Shown one piece after another: positions 49,222 to 59,380 of a DNA stretch of 64,000 bases. Made by a program: the position numbers and the translations under genes. Numbering within the stretch: the first letter of the stretch is position 1; the number at the start of each line of letters is the position of its first letter. Below the pieces are notes generated by a model. The model ran no database searches. It saw only the letters and a list, made by a program, of their open reading frames with translations, and was not told the origin of the DNA. Origin of the DNA: Candidatus Omnitrophota bacterium (GTDB lineage Bacteria; Omnitrophota; Gorgyraeia; JAHJTE01); NCBI GenBank assembly GCA_040753675.1, contig JBFMEB010000001.1, positions 32,498 to 96,497 of the forward strand, read 5' to 3'.

Positions 49222-50204
49222 TTAGTCCACCACCCCTTATTTTCAATCCACCATTCGACTGTTTTTTGTATTCCTTGCTCTATCGAATTCTGAGTTTGCC
49301 AGCCTAAAGCCTCCTTTGCCTTTGAGCAATCAAGGGCTCTAAATTTAACCGTGGAAGGCTTATCGTGATTATATCTTATCTGGCAAGGATTGTGCCCCGC
49401 AGACTTAAGTATCAATTTTGCGATTTCATCTACAGTAATTTGTATCCCAGAGCCTATATTAAAAATATCAAATTTTATTTTCTCGGCATCCATCATGGTT
49501 ACAATCGCCCTGCCAAAATCCTCTGAAAAGATTACATCCCGGATTACATCTGGCCTACCCCAGATCTCAAAAGGATCTTGTTTTTCAACTGCCTTTCTTA
49601 TCAAAGCAGAAATAAAATGCGAAGTCTTAAAATCAAATTTAGAATAAGGACCAAAAATATTTGCCACCCTGGCGATAAGAATCTCGCTGCCGTATTTTGT
49701 GTGCAAAAAATCACAAAATCTTTCTATATATCTAGCTACCCATCCAAACCCCTGATAAGCCCCTGCAGGTTCTTTATTTAAATCCAACTCTTTCTCTTTG
49801 ATATGACCATTAAATTCTTGATACAACGTAGCTGAACTGATATAAATTATCCTTTTTATACCTGCAGAATGAAAGGCCTGCAAGAGCCGCACATTCATTA
49901 CTAAATTTTCGCTAATATAATTTAAAGGGCTAGAAATAACAAACCCTGCTCCACCGCTATAAGCCGCGGCCATAATTGCACAGTTAGAATCCCGAACAAT
50001 TTTTCCGCAATCATTCTCTGATCTTAAATCTGCGTAACAGTAATCAATATTTTTATGCTTAAGAAATGGCTTAGTATGCTTATAATAGGCGGCGCGAATT
50101 TTTGTTTGGGGATAATATTTTAAGATATAATTTAATATGCTAGTTCCGGCAAGTCCAGTCGCTCCCGCCAAAAATACTCTCTTTCCATCCAAAAATCTAT
50201 CCAT
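49218..50204 (-). CDS. NAD-dependent epimerase/dehydratase family protein
   Basis: VFLAGATGLAGTS; YQGFGWVARY. Confidence 0.6.
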   Translation of the reverse strand: MDRFLDGKRVFLAGATGLAGTSILNYILKYYPQTKIRAAYYKHTKPFLKHKNIDYCYADLRSENDCGKIVRDSNCAIMAAAYSGGAGFVISSPLNYISENLVMNVRLLQAFHSAGIKRIIYISSATLYQEFNGHIKEKELDLNKEPAGAYQGFGWVARYIERFCDFLHTKYGSEILIARVANIFGPYSKFDFKTSHFISALIRKAVEKQDPFEIWGRPDVIRDVIFSEDFGRAIVTMMDAEKIKFDIFNIGSGIQITVDEIAKLILKSAGHNPCQIRYNHDKPSTVKFRALDCSKAKEALGWQTQNSIEQGIQKTVEWWIENKGWWTK

Positions 50205-50209
50205 AACTA

Positions 50210-50884
50210 TTATTTGTGAGGCAACAACTCCTTGATAATAAGCAATAAAATTGCCGTTCCGTTTATTAACGGTCTCATCTTTCTTATTCCGCCTATTCTC
50301 GGTGGTTCATCACCAGGGATTTCGCAAACCCTCAATTTTAATTTAGCGCATTTGACCGAACTCAAAGGCTCAAAGCCACCTATCTCGACAAATCGGTTTG
50401 TCTGCGCGAATTTAAATAAATCTTTCTTCCATGCCCTAAATCCAACCAGAGAATCAGTATAATGGCCGCCAAATAATATATTAATCATGTTCGTAAACAT
50501 CCAGTTCCCAAACCTAGTGATAACGTCATCGTCATAACTTTTTGCTCCTTCCCGATAGCGGGAAACAATGACCATATCAAAACCTTCGGCCATCTTGCTG
50601 ATAAGGGCTGGAATTAATTCTGGTATAGAATTTCCGTCCGGAGTAAAAGTCACAATGATATCCCCAGTAGCAATTTCTAATGCCTCCCTATAAGCATTAA
50701 CTAAACCCTTTGTTTTCTGCTCTAATACGAAACAGCCTTGCTCCTTTGCAAATTCCGCTGTGCCGTCGGTAGATTTTCCATCGACAACAATTATCTCGTC
50801 AACCCATTCCCTTCTAATCCTAGGCATTATTTGTTTCATGCCATCGATTTCGTTTAAAGTAGGTATAAGCAAAGTGGATTTCAT
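50210..50884 (-). CDS. GT2 glycosyltransferase (polyprenol-phosphate sugar synthase-like)
   Basis: LLIPTLNE...IIVVDGKSTDGT...DGNS DXD motifs. Confidence 0.7.
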   Translation of the reverse strand: MKSTLLIPTLNEIDGMKQIMPRIRREWVDEIIVVDGKSTDGTAEFAKEQGCFVLEQKTKGLVNAYREALEIATGDIIVTFTPDGNSIPELIPALISKMAEGFDMVIVSRYREGAKSYDDDVITRFGNWMFTNMINILFGGHYTDSLVGFRAWKKDLFKFAQTNRFVEIGGFEPLSSVKCAKLKLRVCEIPGDEPPRIGGIRKMRPLINGTAILLLIIKELLPHK

Positions 50885-50889
50885 TACGT

Positions 50890-52116
50890 TTATCTACAAT
50901 AAGGAACAATATTCTTTACTGCAAGTAGGACATAACTGATAGGATCGTAAATGTTGAAATTAAAAAACAGGTCTAAAACGTTAACATAGTTTACACAGAA
51001 GATAAATACTGCAGCTAAAATAACAAAATATGACTGATAGTCCTTATTTTTCTGTCTAAATAATTCATATAAAGCTAATGCCGCAAACAGACCTATAACG
51101 AAATCTAAAACTGCAATAAATCGCACAATTTTTGTATATTTCATGCTACTAAATAAAACAAAGATAATGACAAAAGAAACCAAGAAATATGTGACTTTCC
51201 AATCAAATCTCTTTGTAAACAATATATAAAAAAAATAACCTATAAATAAGAGTGTAGCTATTGGATTCAGTATCAGATAATCTATAACGTACTTATACCA
51301 CGGTCCCATCCCAAACAAAGAATAAGTATTCGTCATAGTCACTGGAAAATGAACCCCTGCTATAAATCTAATCAGCGAAACAAGATTATCTAAGCCATTA
51401 AATAAAAACAGGTAGGCACCTCCTACAATAATTAAAGGAGCAACAAACAACCATAGCAAATAAGAATATGATATGTCTTGCTTATATTTGTATCTATATA
51501 ACAGATAAGACAAAACAAAAAATGGCAATAAGGCAATGGCGGATTCTTTAATAGTTATGGTTAAAGAATACACAATTACAAATGTAACAAATTTAGTTTT
51601 TCTTTTATTAACTAAAAAATCAAAGAAAAGCCAAACAGATAGAGCCCAGGATAAATTAACTGTACTATCTTGTAAGCACCTTCTGCCAGAGTACATTATA
51701 ATAGGACTACTGGATAACAACAATGTAGAGATATAAGCTATATCTTGATCAAAAAATTTTTTAATAAAATAAAAGCACACTATAATGAGAAGTATATAAC
51801 AGAGAAATGAAAAATGCGCCAGCGAAACAAAGGTATTTGGAAATATCTTAAACCAAAACGAAGTTATTAAGATATGTCCGAATCTACTGGCGGGGTTAGG
51901 AAATTGTTGTGCAATCTTATCGCTAAGATGATACTCCCACAATAATGGAAATTGGCTAATTCCCTTTTCTTTTATAATCTTTGCATACATGAAATAATGC
52001 CCCTCATCGGCTCTATGGGCAAATTCATTTTCTCGCGGCATGGATAAATAGACTGTAAAAATAGAAAACAAAATAAGAGCTAAAACTACGGTTCGCATTA
52101 TTATGCTCATCTTCAT
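50890..52116 (-). CDS. GT-C fold membrane glycosyltransferase (PMT/ArnT-like, GT39/GT83-like)
   Basis: About 11 TM helices with ADEGHY acidic motif in the first extracytoplasmic loop. Confidence 0.5.
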   Translation of the reverse strand: MKMSIIMRTVVLALILFSIFTVYLSMPRENEFAHRADEGHYFMYAKIIKEKGISQFPLLWEYHLSDKIAQQFPNPASRFGHILITSFWFKIFPNTFVSLAHFSFLCYILLIIVCFYFIKKFFDQDIAYISTLLLSSSPIIMYSGRRCLQDSTVNLSWALSVWLFFDFLVNKRKTKFVTFVIVYSLTITIKESAIALLPFFVLSYLLYRYKYKQDISYSYLLWLFVAPLIIVGGAYLFLFNGLDNLVSLIRFIAGVHFPVTMTNTYSLFGMGPWYKYVIDYLILNPIATLLFIGYFFYILFTKRFDWKVTYFLVSFVIIFVLFSSMKYTKIVRFIAVLDFVIGLFAALALYELFRQKNKDYQSYFVILAAVFIFCVNYVNVLDLFFNFNIYDPISYVLLAVKNIVPYCR

Positions 52117-52159
52117 CTCTCTGATTTAAATTAAAGACTTTATTATAGCAAAAAATAAA

Positions 52160-52195
52160 GCCCACTGCAAACGCAGGCAAAGTTTCTTAATTTTG
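52160..52195 (-). terminator. Weak intrinsic terminator after the flippase gene
   Basis: Minus strand: CUGC-GUUU-GCAG hairpin followed by UUUAUUUUUUGC. Confidence 0.25.
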
Positions 52196-52214
52196 CAAAC
52201 AAAGTACTTATTAA

Positions 52215-53438
52215 TTAATCTTTTTTGATTAAAATTTTGCTTAATAAATAAACATTACCTATCAATTGAGAAAATAACCAAGAATAGGCCATACCTAAGC
52301 TTCCCATTTTAAAAAGTAAGATAATCACAAAAAAAATCAAACTTATCAATATAATGAAACTTAAACTAAAAAAATCAAAAATTTCATTCTTAATATTTTT
52401 TAGAGTCAAATAGATTTGATTAATCGTGAAGGAAAAAATTGATAAAAAAAGCACTTTTAAAATTCCAAAAGAATGAAAGAAAAAATCTTTTTTAAAGAGA
52501 AGGAGAATCCCCTCTCCCCAAAAATAAAATAAAACAAATCCCAATATTGACAATAAAAAACAAAAACTTATCGTTTTTCTTAAGAGGGCTTTAACGTCTT
52601 CGCCGTGAGCAGCCTGCATTAAAAATACGCTAGAAATCGAAGCTATAAATGAACAGTAAACTGAAAATATCATCCAGGGGACATAAAATAACCCTACCTC
52701 GCGCTCCGAAAATAACGAAAGTATTATAAGAGGAAAAATCATCCCCGGTAAGTATAAGGTTGCAGCATTGAAGAAATTTACTAGAGAAAAGGGTAGTAAA
52801 TTCCTGAGTATAGAAAAATCAATCCTTAGCCTAATTTTAAAATTTGGATACTTCCTGACAAAAAAGATAAATGAAAAAATTAAGGCCAGGGCTGCAGCAA
52901 GACAATTAGCAGAAAATATCCCAAAACTCCTCCAAAATATAAAGACAAAGAGAAATCCAATCCTCAAAAAATTCTGCACTAAATTCTTAATTAAAGCCAG
53001 AGGCGTCTCTTGGTAGGCAAGAAAAATACCCTCAAAGCAAGTGAATAAAAACATAGTTACTACGAAAAATAAGAAAATTAAAGGATAAAAAGATACCTTT
53101 AATAAACTTAATTTAGGTAGAAAAAAGTCTATTCCTATTAATAGGCTAAGACTAAGAAAAATTAACAGGCTTAGAGAGAACCCAAGAAATGTTCCTAGCA
53201 ACTTAGACCTATCTTCATTTTGAGGCAGAAATCTCACAAATGTTGGAGCTAGGCCCAAGGATGCGACAAAAATCAAAAGTGAAACAACTGAAATTAAGGC
53301 AGAGGCAAGACCAATATCATCTATTGAGTAAAACCTGGCAGCTACCCACCAAAATATAATACCTGAAAAACCTAAAGATATTTTAGAGGCCATCAGCGTG
53401 GATGAATGAATAAAGAAATTACTGTTTTTGTTAATCAT
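52215..53438 (-). CDS. Wzx-like oligosaccharide flippase (polysaccharide biosynthesis protein family)
   Basis: 407 aa, 12-14 TM helices, typical Wzx hydropathy. Confidence 0.6.
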   Translation of the reverse strand: MINKNSNFFIHSSTLMASKISLGFSGIIFWWVAARFYSIDDIGLASALISVVSLLIFVASLGLAPTFVRFLPQNEDRSKLLGTFLGFSLSLLIFLSLSLLIGIDFFLPKLSLLKVSFYPLIFLFFVVTMFLFTCFEGIFLAYQETPLALIKNLVQNFLRIGFLFVFIFWRSFGIFSANCLAAALALIFSFIFFVRKYPNFKIRLRIDFSILRNLLPFSLVNFFNAATLYLPGMIFPLIILSLFSEREVGLFYVPWMIFSVYCSFIASISSVFLMQAAHGEDVKALLRKTISFCFLLSILGFVLFYFWGEGILLLFKKDFFFHSFGILKVLFLSIFSFTINQIYLTLKNIKNEIFDFFSLSFIILISLIFFVIILLFKMGSLGMAYSWLFSQLIGNVYLLSKILIKKD

Positions 53439-53448
53439 TTTACAGCAG

Positions 53449-55686
53449 TTATGGATTAAATATTTTAAGCCAAAGTGAGCGAATTTTTCTTAACCAGGAA
53501 ATTGGTAGATACGTAGCAAGGTAAAAAACCACTACTTCTGGATACAATGGACTCAGTCTCAATGCCTTATTAAGCATCAATCTAGCCTCTCGCATACGAT
53601 TTTGGCCACAGAAAGATCTACCTAAATGGTAATAATGATAAGCCAGAGCTAATCGTTTCTCTCTAATCTTACTCCCATTTTTATCTTTTATAGACAAAGA
53701 ATGTAGAATAACTAAATCATCTCTTCCTTTTCTTCTTCTCTTAGCACACTCTCTGGCTAAGGCAGCGTATTTATCCTGTTGTGATTTTTTCTCAATAGAT
53801 ATGGAATTGTCTATAAGGCGCCACTTATATAAGAAATCCGGTAGATTCGCCAAATCAAAATACTCTGCAATTCTCAAATATAGATCGTAATCCTGGGCAT
53901 ATTTAAATTCTTCTCTATACAAACCTACCTTTTCAAGACATGTTCTCCTAAACATGATTGAGCCATGATAGAACTGATTTCCCAACATTAATTCTTTTTT
54001 TATTTGTTCACTTTCAGTAAATAAATTAATCTTGGCTATTTCTTTCCCCATTTCATCAATCTGAACTACAGCTGTTCCAACTAAACCAAAGGAAGGATGG
54101 TTTTCAAGGAATTCCACTTGTAGCTGAAGTCTCTGCGGCAAGGAAATATCGTCCAAATCCATTCTGGCAATATACTCACCTCTTGCAAGTTTCAAGCCAT
54201 TATTCAAGGATTTAGTTAAACCAATATTACTTAGATTATTAAATACTGTTACGCGTTTATCCGTAACTTCTCTCAACATTACACCTGTCTTATCTGTAGA
54301 GCCGTCATTTATAATAATTAATTCGAACTCGCTAAATGTTTGGTTTAGAATACTGTCCAACGCCTCTTTCAGATACTTTTGAGCATTATAAGCACTTATT
54401 ATCACGCTTACTTTGGGCAATCTTTTATCACCATAACTAATAAAGTGCTTTTTATTAGCGACAAACTTCTTTGGAGGAATTTTTCTAGATGAATCTTCTC
54501 CATAAAATTGATCGACTAACTGATTATGTCCTTTAAGATATAAGAGCCCGCGACTGTCTATATATTCGTAGAGCTGAGATTTTAAGACATAATCGTATAG
54601 TTCGCTCCTCGGAATACCTACAAATACATTAAACCAAACACTCGATGGTTTAATTTTTTTGGCGAAGGATAATGTCTCCATTCGTTCCTCTTCAGTCTCT
54701 GTAGGCAGGCCGACAATAAAGCTAGCTGCTGTTTTAATTCCTAATCTATGACAGGAGCTAAACGCTTTCTCAATTTGTTCGAGGGTTATTCCCTTTTTTA
54801 TAAAATCAAGTAAACGCTGATTTCCGCTTTCAACACCAAGATAAAAAGCTCGGCAACCCGCACGATGCATAAGATGCATCAAATCATAATCAAGTGCGTC
54901 GATTCTTGTCTCTGTAACCCACTTTATCTTGATATCCTTCCTTAAGAGCAATTCGCAAAATTCAACCACTCTTTTTCTATCGAAAGTGAAGTTATCCTCC
55001 CTGAAAAATATAGCTTTAGCTTTATATCTGCCGATTAAATATTCAATATCATCAATTATCCGTTTAGCGCTAAAGCAAGTATAGCGCTTGCCCCAAATTG
55101 AACAAACTGAACAAAAAGTACAATCAAATGGACAACCCCTGCTAGTATTCATTGTAAATACAGGTCTATCATGAAACCATTCCACTGAATCATCATACGG
55201 CAAGCCTTCGAAATAATCCCATGCACATCTTGGAAGAGCATCTAAATCTTTTATGCGCTCTGACCTTACAACCCTTCCAGTATTGCCGTTTAAAATCTCA
55301 AGCAAAGACATCTCACCTTCACCTTGAACTAAATAATCCACAGATTCTGGGATGGTATTAGGGGCCACTGACACATGAGGCCCACCCGCTATAATTTTAC
55401 CGTTCCATTCTTTATCCTTGCTCATTTTATCTATTTCGCCAATAACCTTACATCCTTCAAGAAAACATATAGAATCTAAATAGATACCAACATAATCTAT
55501 TTGCTTCTCAATAAGAAACATCTTAAAAAAGGAAGGTTTAATGTAATTATCAATAAAATAAACTTGATGCCCCTCCTTCCTAAGAATGGCAATTAAAAAA
55601 CCTAAACCTAAAGGTGGCCTCTTTTCTAAAAGCGAAAATGGTGAATATACGGGTTTAGGTGGAGTCATTAAAAGAATTCTTTTCAT
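53449..55686 (-). CDS. Fusion: B12-binding radical SAM domain (N-terminal) + GT2 glycosyltransferase (C-terminal)
   Basis: CPFDCTFCSV radical SAM cluster motif at about residue 190; C-terminal VSVIISAYNAQKYLKEALDSILNQTFSEFELIIINDGSTD GT2 motif. Confidence 0.7.
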   Translation of the reverse strand: MKRILLMTPPKPVYSPFSLLEKRPPLGLGFLIAILRKEGHQVYFIDNYIKPSFFKMFLIEKQIDYVGIYLDSICFLEGCKVIGEIDKMSKDKEWNGKIIAGGPHVSVAPNTIPESVDYLVQGEGEMSLLEILNGNTGRVVRSERIKDLDALPRCAWDYFEGLPYDDSVEWFHDRPVFTMNTSRGCPFDCTFCSVCSIWGKRYTCFSAKRIIDDIEYLIGRYKAKAIFFREDNFTFDRKRVVEFCELLLRKDIKIKWVTETRIDALDYDLMHLMHRAGCRAFYLGVESGNQRLLDFIKKGITLEQIEKAFSSCHRLGIKTAASFIVGLPTETEEERMETLSFAKKIKPSSVWFNVFVGIPRSELYDYVLKSQLYEYIDSRGLLYLKGHNQLVDQFYGEDSSRKIPPKKFVANKKHFISYGDKRLPKVSVIISAYNAQKYLKEALDSILNQTFSEFELIIINDGSTDKTGVMLREVTDKRVTVFNNLSNIGLTKSLNNGLKLARGEYIARMDLDDISLPQRLQLQVEFLENHPSFGLVGTAVVQIDEMGKEIAKINLFTESEQIKKELMLGNQFYHGSIMFRRTCLEKVGLYREEFKYAQDYDLYLRIAEYFDLANLPDFLYKWRLIDNSISIEKKSQQDKYAALARECAKRRRKGRDDLVILHSLSIKDKNGSKIREKRLALAYHYYHLGRSFCGQNRMREARLMLNKALRLSPLYPEVVVFYLATYLPISWLRKIRSLWLKIFNP

Positions 55687-55745
55687 TTAAAACTTACCCC
55701 TTGAGTGCTAAATAATGCATTAAATCCATAATTTATTCCTTATGC

Positions 55746-56435
55746 TCAATAGCTTGGTAAGCGTGTAGCTTTAAAAAGAAAATAACCTTGGTTTTTAAAG
55801 ATTATTTCGTGGTTACCAAATACCTTGTCCAGAATTTCTGCAAGCATAGAATAAGAATAGAGACATAAATGATATTTATTTTTTTCCATAAGATACTTAA
55901 CGCTTTCACGAACATTTACAGCAGGAGTACTGCCTATCAATTTACCTCCAATCTTAGTAACTCTTTTTGCTTCTCTAAGAAACTGTATGCCATCATCGTA
56001 AGAGAAATGCTCCAAGGCCTCAATTGCGCTAACTACGTCAAAGTAATAATCATCAAATTGCAATGACAAGGCATCCATAACCAAATATCTTATGTTAGCC
56101 CTTAAGTATTTGACATTTGCTATATTTATCGCTTCGGGAGAATAGTCAATTCCCACCACATATTTTGCAACCTCTGCTAATTTGTAAGTACCCCAACCTA
56201 CGCCGCAACAATTATCTAGCACTATTTTGTCGCTCACCTCTTGGCGAACAAATTCAATGCGTTCCTTAAAAACATTCTGCCAAGGGCTGGCCTTCCATTT
56301 CGCTGAATCAGGATCAGCTCTCTCATCAACGTTTTCAGAAAGAAATCTCAGTTTTTTAGAAAACAATAAGCAATTTAGCATCAAGCTGTATCTCAAACAT
56401 CTTAGAAAACTAACTGTTGACTTATTGAATTTCAT
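55746..56435 (-). CDS. Class I SAM-dependent methyltransferase
   Basis: VLDNCCGVGWGT motif I. Confidence 0.6.
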   Translation of the reverse strand: MKFNKSTVSFLRCLRYSLMLNCLLFSKKLRFLSENVDERADPDSAKWKASPWQNVFKERIEFVRQEVSDKIVLDNCCGVGWGTYKLAEVAKYVVGIDYSPEAINIANVKYLRANIRYLVMDALSLQFDDYYFDVVSAIEALEHFSYDDGIQFLREAKRVTKIGGKLIGSTPAVNVRESVKYLMEKNKYHLCLYSYSMLAEILDKVFGNHEIIFKNQGYFLFKATRLPSY

Positions 56436-56442
56436 AAAAATT

Positions 56443-57330
56443 CTAAAATTTATTTTTTTTAAACATTTTATCCGCTAATGCTTTGGCGTACTTATTAGAT
56501 AAATAATATGAAATTGAGGTTGGCAAAATATAGCCCAATAAACTGCGTAAAGTACTCAATAAATTCTGAATACTGAAAAAATAAGGAAGATATTTTAGCT
56601 TTATTCTAAAAGTATCTTTTCTCATTCCTTTAAAATGTTTTCTCGTGACACCCTCTGCCCGTTGTGAAACAAATGTCAAAAACTCTTGTAAATTCATAAG
56701 TTTAGCTTTATTTTTAAGTGCCCTGGCCCATAATTCATAATCTTCAGCATGTTTAAAAGAGAAATTATACTTCCCTATGTTACTAAATAACTCTTTCCTT
56801 ATTAAAACTGTGGGGTGAACAACGCCGTTCTTCATATAGAGAATTCTAGCATTGACCTCTTCTGGCACCCTCCACTCTCCTATCACTTCTCCTTTAATAT
56901 CGATTAGATATGCCCAACTACCAAGCACAGAAACATCGCTGAATTCTTCCATATATTTAACCTGCTTTTCCAGCCTAGATTTTTCAGCAATATCTCCTGC
57001 ATCAATGCGTGCTATATATTTAGCCTCTGAAATTTCAATTCCTTTATTAAGGGAACGCGCTAAGCCCATACAAGTTTCGTTCTTTATAACCTTAATTCTC
57101 GGATCTGATGAAGCATAACTTTTTAGAATTTCTCCGGTTTTATCTTTAGAGCAGTCATTTATAACGATTAACTCAAAATCTTTAAAAGTTTGATGTAAAA
57201 TGCTATCCAAAGTTTTTGTTATAAAATTTTCTTCATTGTGCACTGCCAAAATAATACTGACAAGAGGCTTAATCATTATTTTAATATATTTGTATAAACC
57301 TTTCCTATCTCGCTGTTTAAAATGTGCCAA
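56443..57330 (-). CDS. GT2 glycosyltransferase
   Basis: VSIILAVHNEENFITKTLDSILHQTFKDFELIVINDCSKD. Confidence 0.75.
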   Translation of the reverse strand: MAHFKQRDRKGLYKYIKIMIKPLVSIILAVHNEENFITKTLDSILHQTFKDFELIVINDCSKDKTGEILKSYASSDPRIKVIKNETCMGLARSLNKGIEISEAKYIARIDAGDIAEKSRLEKQVKYMEEFSDVSVLGSWAYLIDIKGEVIGEWRVPEEVNARILYMKNGVVHPTVLIRKELFSNIGKYNFSFKHAEDYELWARALKNKAKLMNLQEFLTFVSQRAEGVTRKHFKGMRKDTFRIKLKYLPYFFSIQNLLSTLRSLLGYILPTSISYYLSNKYAKALADKMFKKNKF

Positions 57331-58394
57331 TTATATTGTTTTTCAACCAGTCTTCTGCCACTTTTTGCAAGTTTATTCCTTAAGTCTGAATTCTGGATTA
57401 AATCCAACATGGCCTGTTGTAAATCATTGACATCACCTGGCCGAATAATGTACGAATCCTCTAAATGAGTACAAATTTTAGCAATACTTCCTGTTTTAGT
57501 GGCAATGAGAGCTAAACTTGATGCCCAAGCCTCAAATATCACCAAAGGGCACCACTCGCGCAAAGAAGGCAAAATAAAAATATCGCAAGAACGATAAAGG
57601 TCAATCAAAACTTGGCTATTATAAACAGGACCTAAAAAGCTGACGAATGACTCAATATTTAATTCCTTAGATAACCTTCTCAAGTTTTCCTCTTCGCTGC
57701 CTTCTCCAACGATTAAAACTTCAAAATCTCTACAGCGGCCTGCGATTAAGTTAATGGATTGAAATAAAAGATTGAGTCCCTTTATTTTTTCCAATCTTCC
57801 AACAAATAAAAATTTTATTTTCCCATTTTTACCTTTCGCTTCTCCAAAATTAAATAAATCTAAATCTACGCCAGTGGGTATAAATATGCAGTCCTTAAAA
57901 TTAAGCCTTTTGAAATCTCCTAAACTCTCAGTATCAACAGTTATTATTTCTTTATAACTAGAAAGTTTTAAAAGGATAAAGTCAACTACTCTCCTAAAAA
58001 AACCGCAATCTCTATACGGGAACAAAATTGAATGACAGGTTAAGACAACAGGAACTTTAAAAATCCTCACCCAGAGACAGGCAATAAACCCTAATTCAAC
58101 TGAATGGGCGTGAATTACATCAGGTCTGATTTTCTTTAAAATATAGGGGAAATAAAATATTAACATCAGCATTGATATTAATCTTTTAAAACCGATTTTG
58201 TCCCAATTTCTTGCCCTGTCTTTCAGGCCGAACTTAAATACGTTATCTCTTGTAACTATCTCTTTACAATTAGATGTCAAAATAAATACCTGATGTCCTG
58301 AAATTCTTTGATACTTCTCAAGATTGGCGACATATACTGCATCCCCACCCATCGCATTTGGATATTTTTTCGTTAAATGAAGAATTTTCATCAA
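57276..58394 (-). CDS. GT4 (GT-B fold) glycosyltransferase
   Basis: C-terminal EGLNLLFQ...FEVLIVGEG...E-x7-E-like region. Confidence 0.65.
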   Translation of the reverse strand: MMKILHLTKKYPNAMGGDAVYVANLEKYQRISGHQVFILTSNCKEIVTRDNVFKFGLKDRARNWDKIGFKRLISMLMLIFYFPYILKKIRPDVIHAHSVELGFIACLWVRIFKVPVVLTCHSILFPYRDCGFFRRVVDFILLKLSSYKEIITVDTESLGDFKRLNFKDCIFIPTGVDLDLFNFGEAKGKNGKIKFLFVGRLEKIKGLNLLFQSINLIAGRCRDFEVLIVGEGSEEENLRRLSKELNIESFVSFLGPVYNSQVLIDLYRSCDIFILPSLREWCPLVIFEAWASSLALIATKTGSIAKICTHLEDSYIIRPGDVNDLQQAMLDLIQNSDLRNKLAKSGRRLVEKQYNWHILNSEIGKVYTNILK

Positions 58395-59324
58395 TTAAGT
58401 TTTTAATAGCCCTTTTAAAAATCCAAGATTCCAAAAAGCAAATGCTAATAAAGCCAAAGTTAATAGAAAAATATTTGCCTTAAAATAGCAAAATAGTAAT
58501 AAAGTTAAAGCCAAAATTAACGCTACAAAAAAGTTAGAAATTATACTAAAAGCCATTAGGCCAATAATTAAAAGACTCAAGAAAGGCAAGATCTGGATAC
58601 TTCTAAAAAACCCGTATCTTCTGACCAGAAATCCTTGCGCCCAGCCGTATCGGTACATCATCTTTAGGAAAGAATTTAAATCTTTTGGCCTATGATGAAA
58701 TATTAAAGCCTTAGGGTTAAAAAATAATTTGTATCCTTTTTTCCTTAAGCGATAATCTAATTCAACATCCTCTCCCGGCCATAAACCTTCTAAAAAACCC
58801 TGTTCTTTTAAAAATATTTCTCTTTTATACATCACATTGCAGGAAGCATTATGTTTTACTTCTTTTATTATGTTGCTCTTTGTTTTCCTCATATAATCAG
58901 TAATGAAGCCTGACTTTTTCATAAACAAAAATACTCTCTCTTCAAATTTACTAGCATCTTTAGGCAAACCCTGAGTTCCTCCTACTCCAACTGCATCAGG
59001 ATAGAGTTGAAAACCTCTAATTAACTCTTTAAGCCAAAACTTATCCAAAATACAGTCAGAATCAGTAAAGGCAATATATTCAGCATCTGATTCTTTCACC
59101 GCCATATTACGACAATAAGAAGGCCCTTTGAGGCCGGAATCTAAAATTCTTATCTTTGCACCATAATTAGTTAAAATGTTCTTTGCTCTAATGCTTAAAC
59201 CATCATCTACGACAATAATCTCAAAATTAGGATAATCTAAATCAATTAGAGAAGTTATGCATTTTTCTAAATAATCCGCCAATCCCTTAGCGGGTACAAT
59301 TACTGAGACCTTAGCGCCTTCCAT
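58395..59324 (-). CDS. GT2 glycosyltransferase with C-terminal TM helices
   Basis: VSVIVPAKG...VVDDGLS...DSDC motifs; 2 C-terminal TM helices. Confidence 0.65.
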   Translation of the reverse strand: MEGAKVSVIVPAKGLADYLEKCITSLIDLDYPNFEIIVVDDGLSIRAKNILTNYGAKIRILDSGLKGPSYCRNMAVKESDAEYIAFTDSDCILDKFWLKELIRGFQLYPDAVGVGGTQGLPKDASKFEERVFLFMKKSGFITDYMRKTKSNIIKEVKHNASCNVMYKREIFLKEQGFLEGLWPGEDVELDYRLRKKGYKLFFNPKALIFHHRPKDLNSFLKMMYRYGWAQGFLVRRYGFFRSIQILPFLSLLIIGLMAFSIISNFFVALILALTLLLFCYFKANIFLLTLALLAFAFWNLGFLKGLLKT

Positions 59325-59380
59325 ATAAAATTTTATTTATCTTGAGGAATTTATTATAAATAGAGATGAGACCCGAGGTC

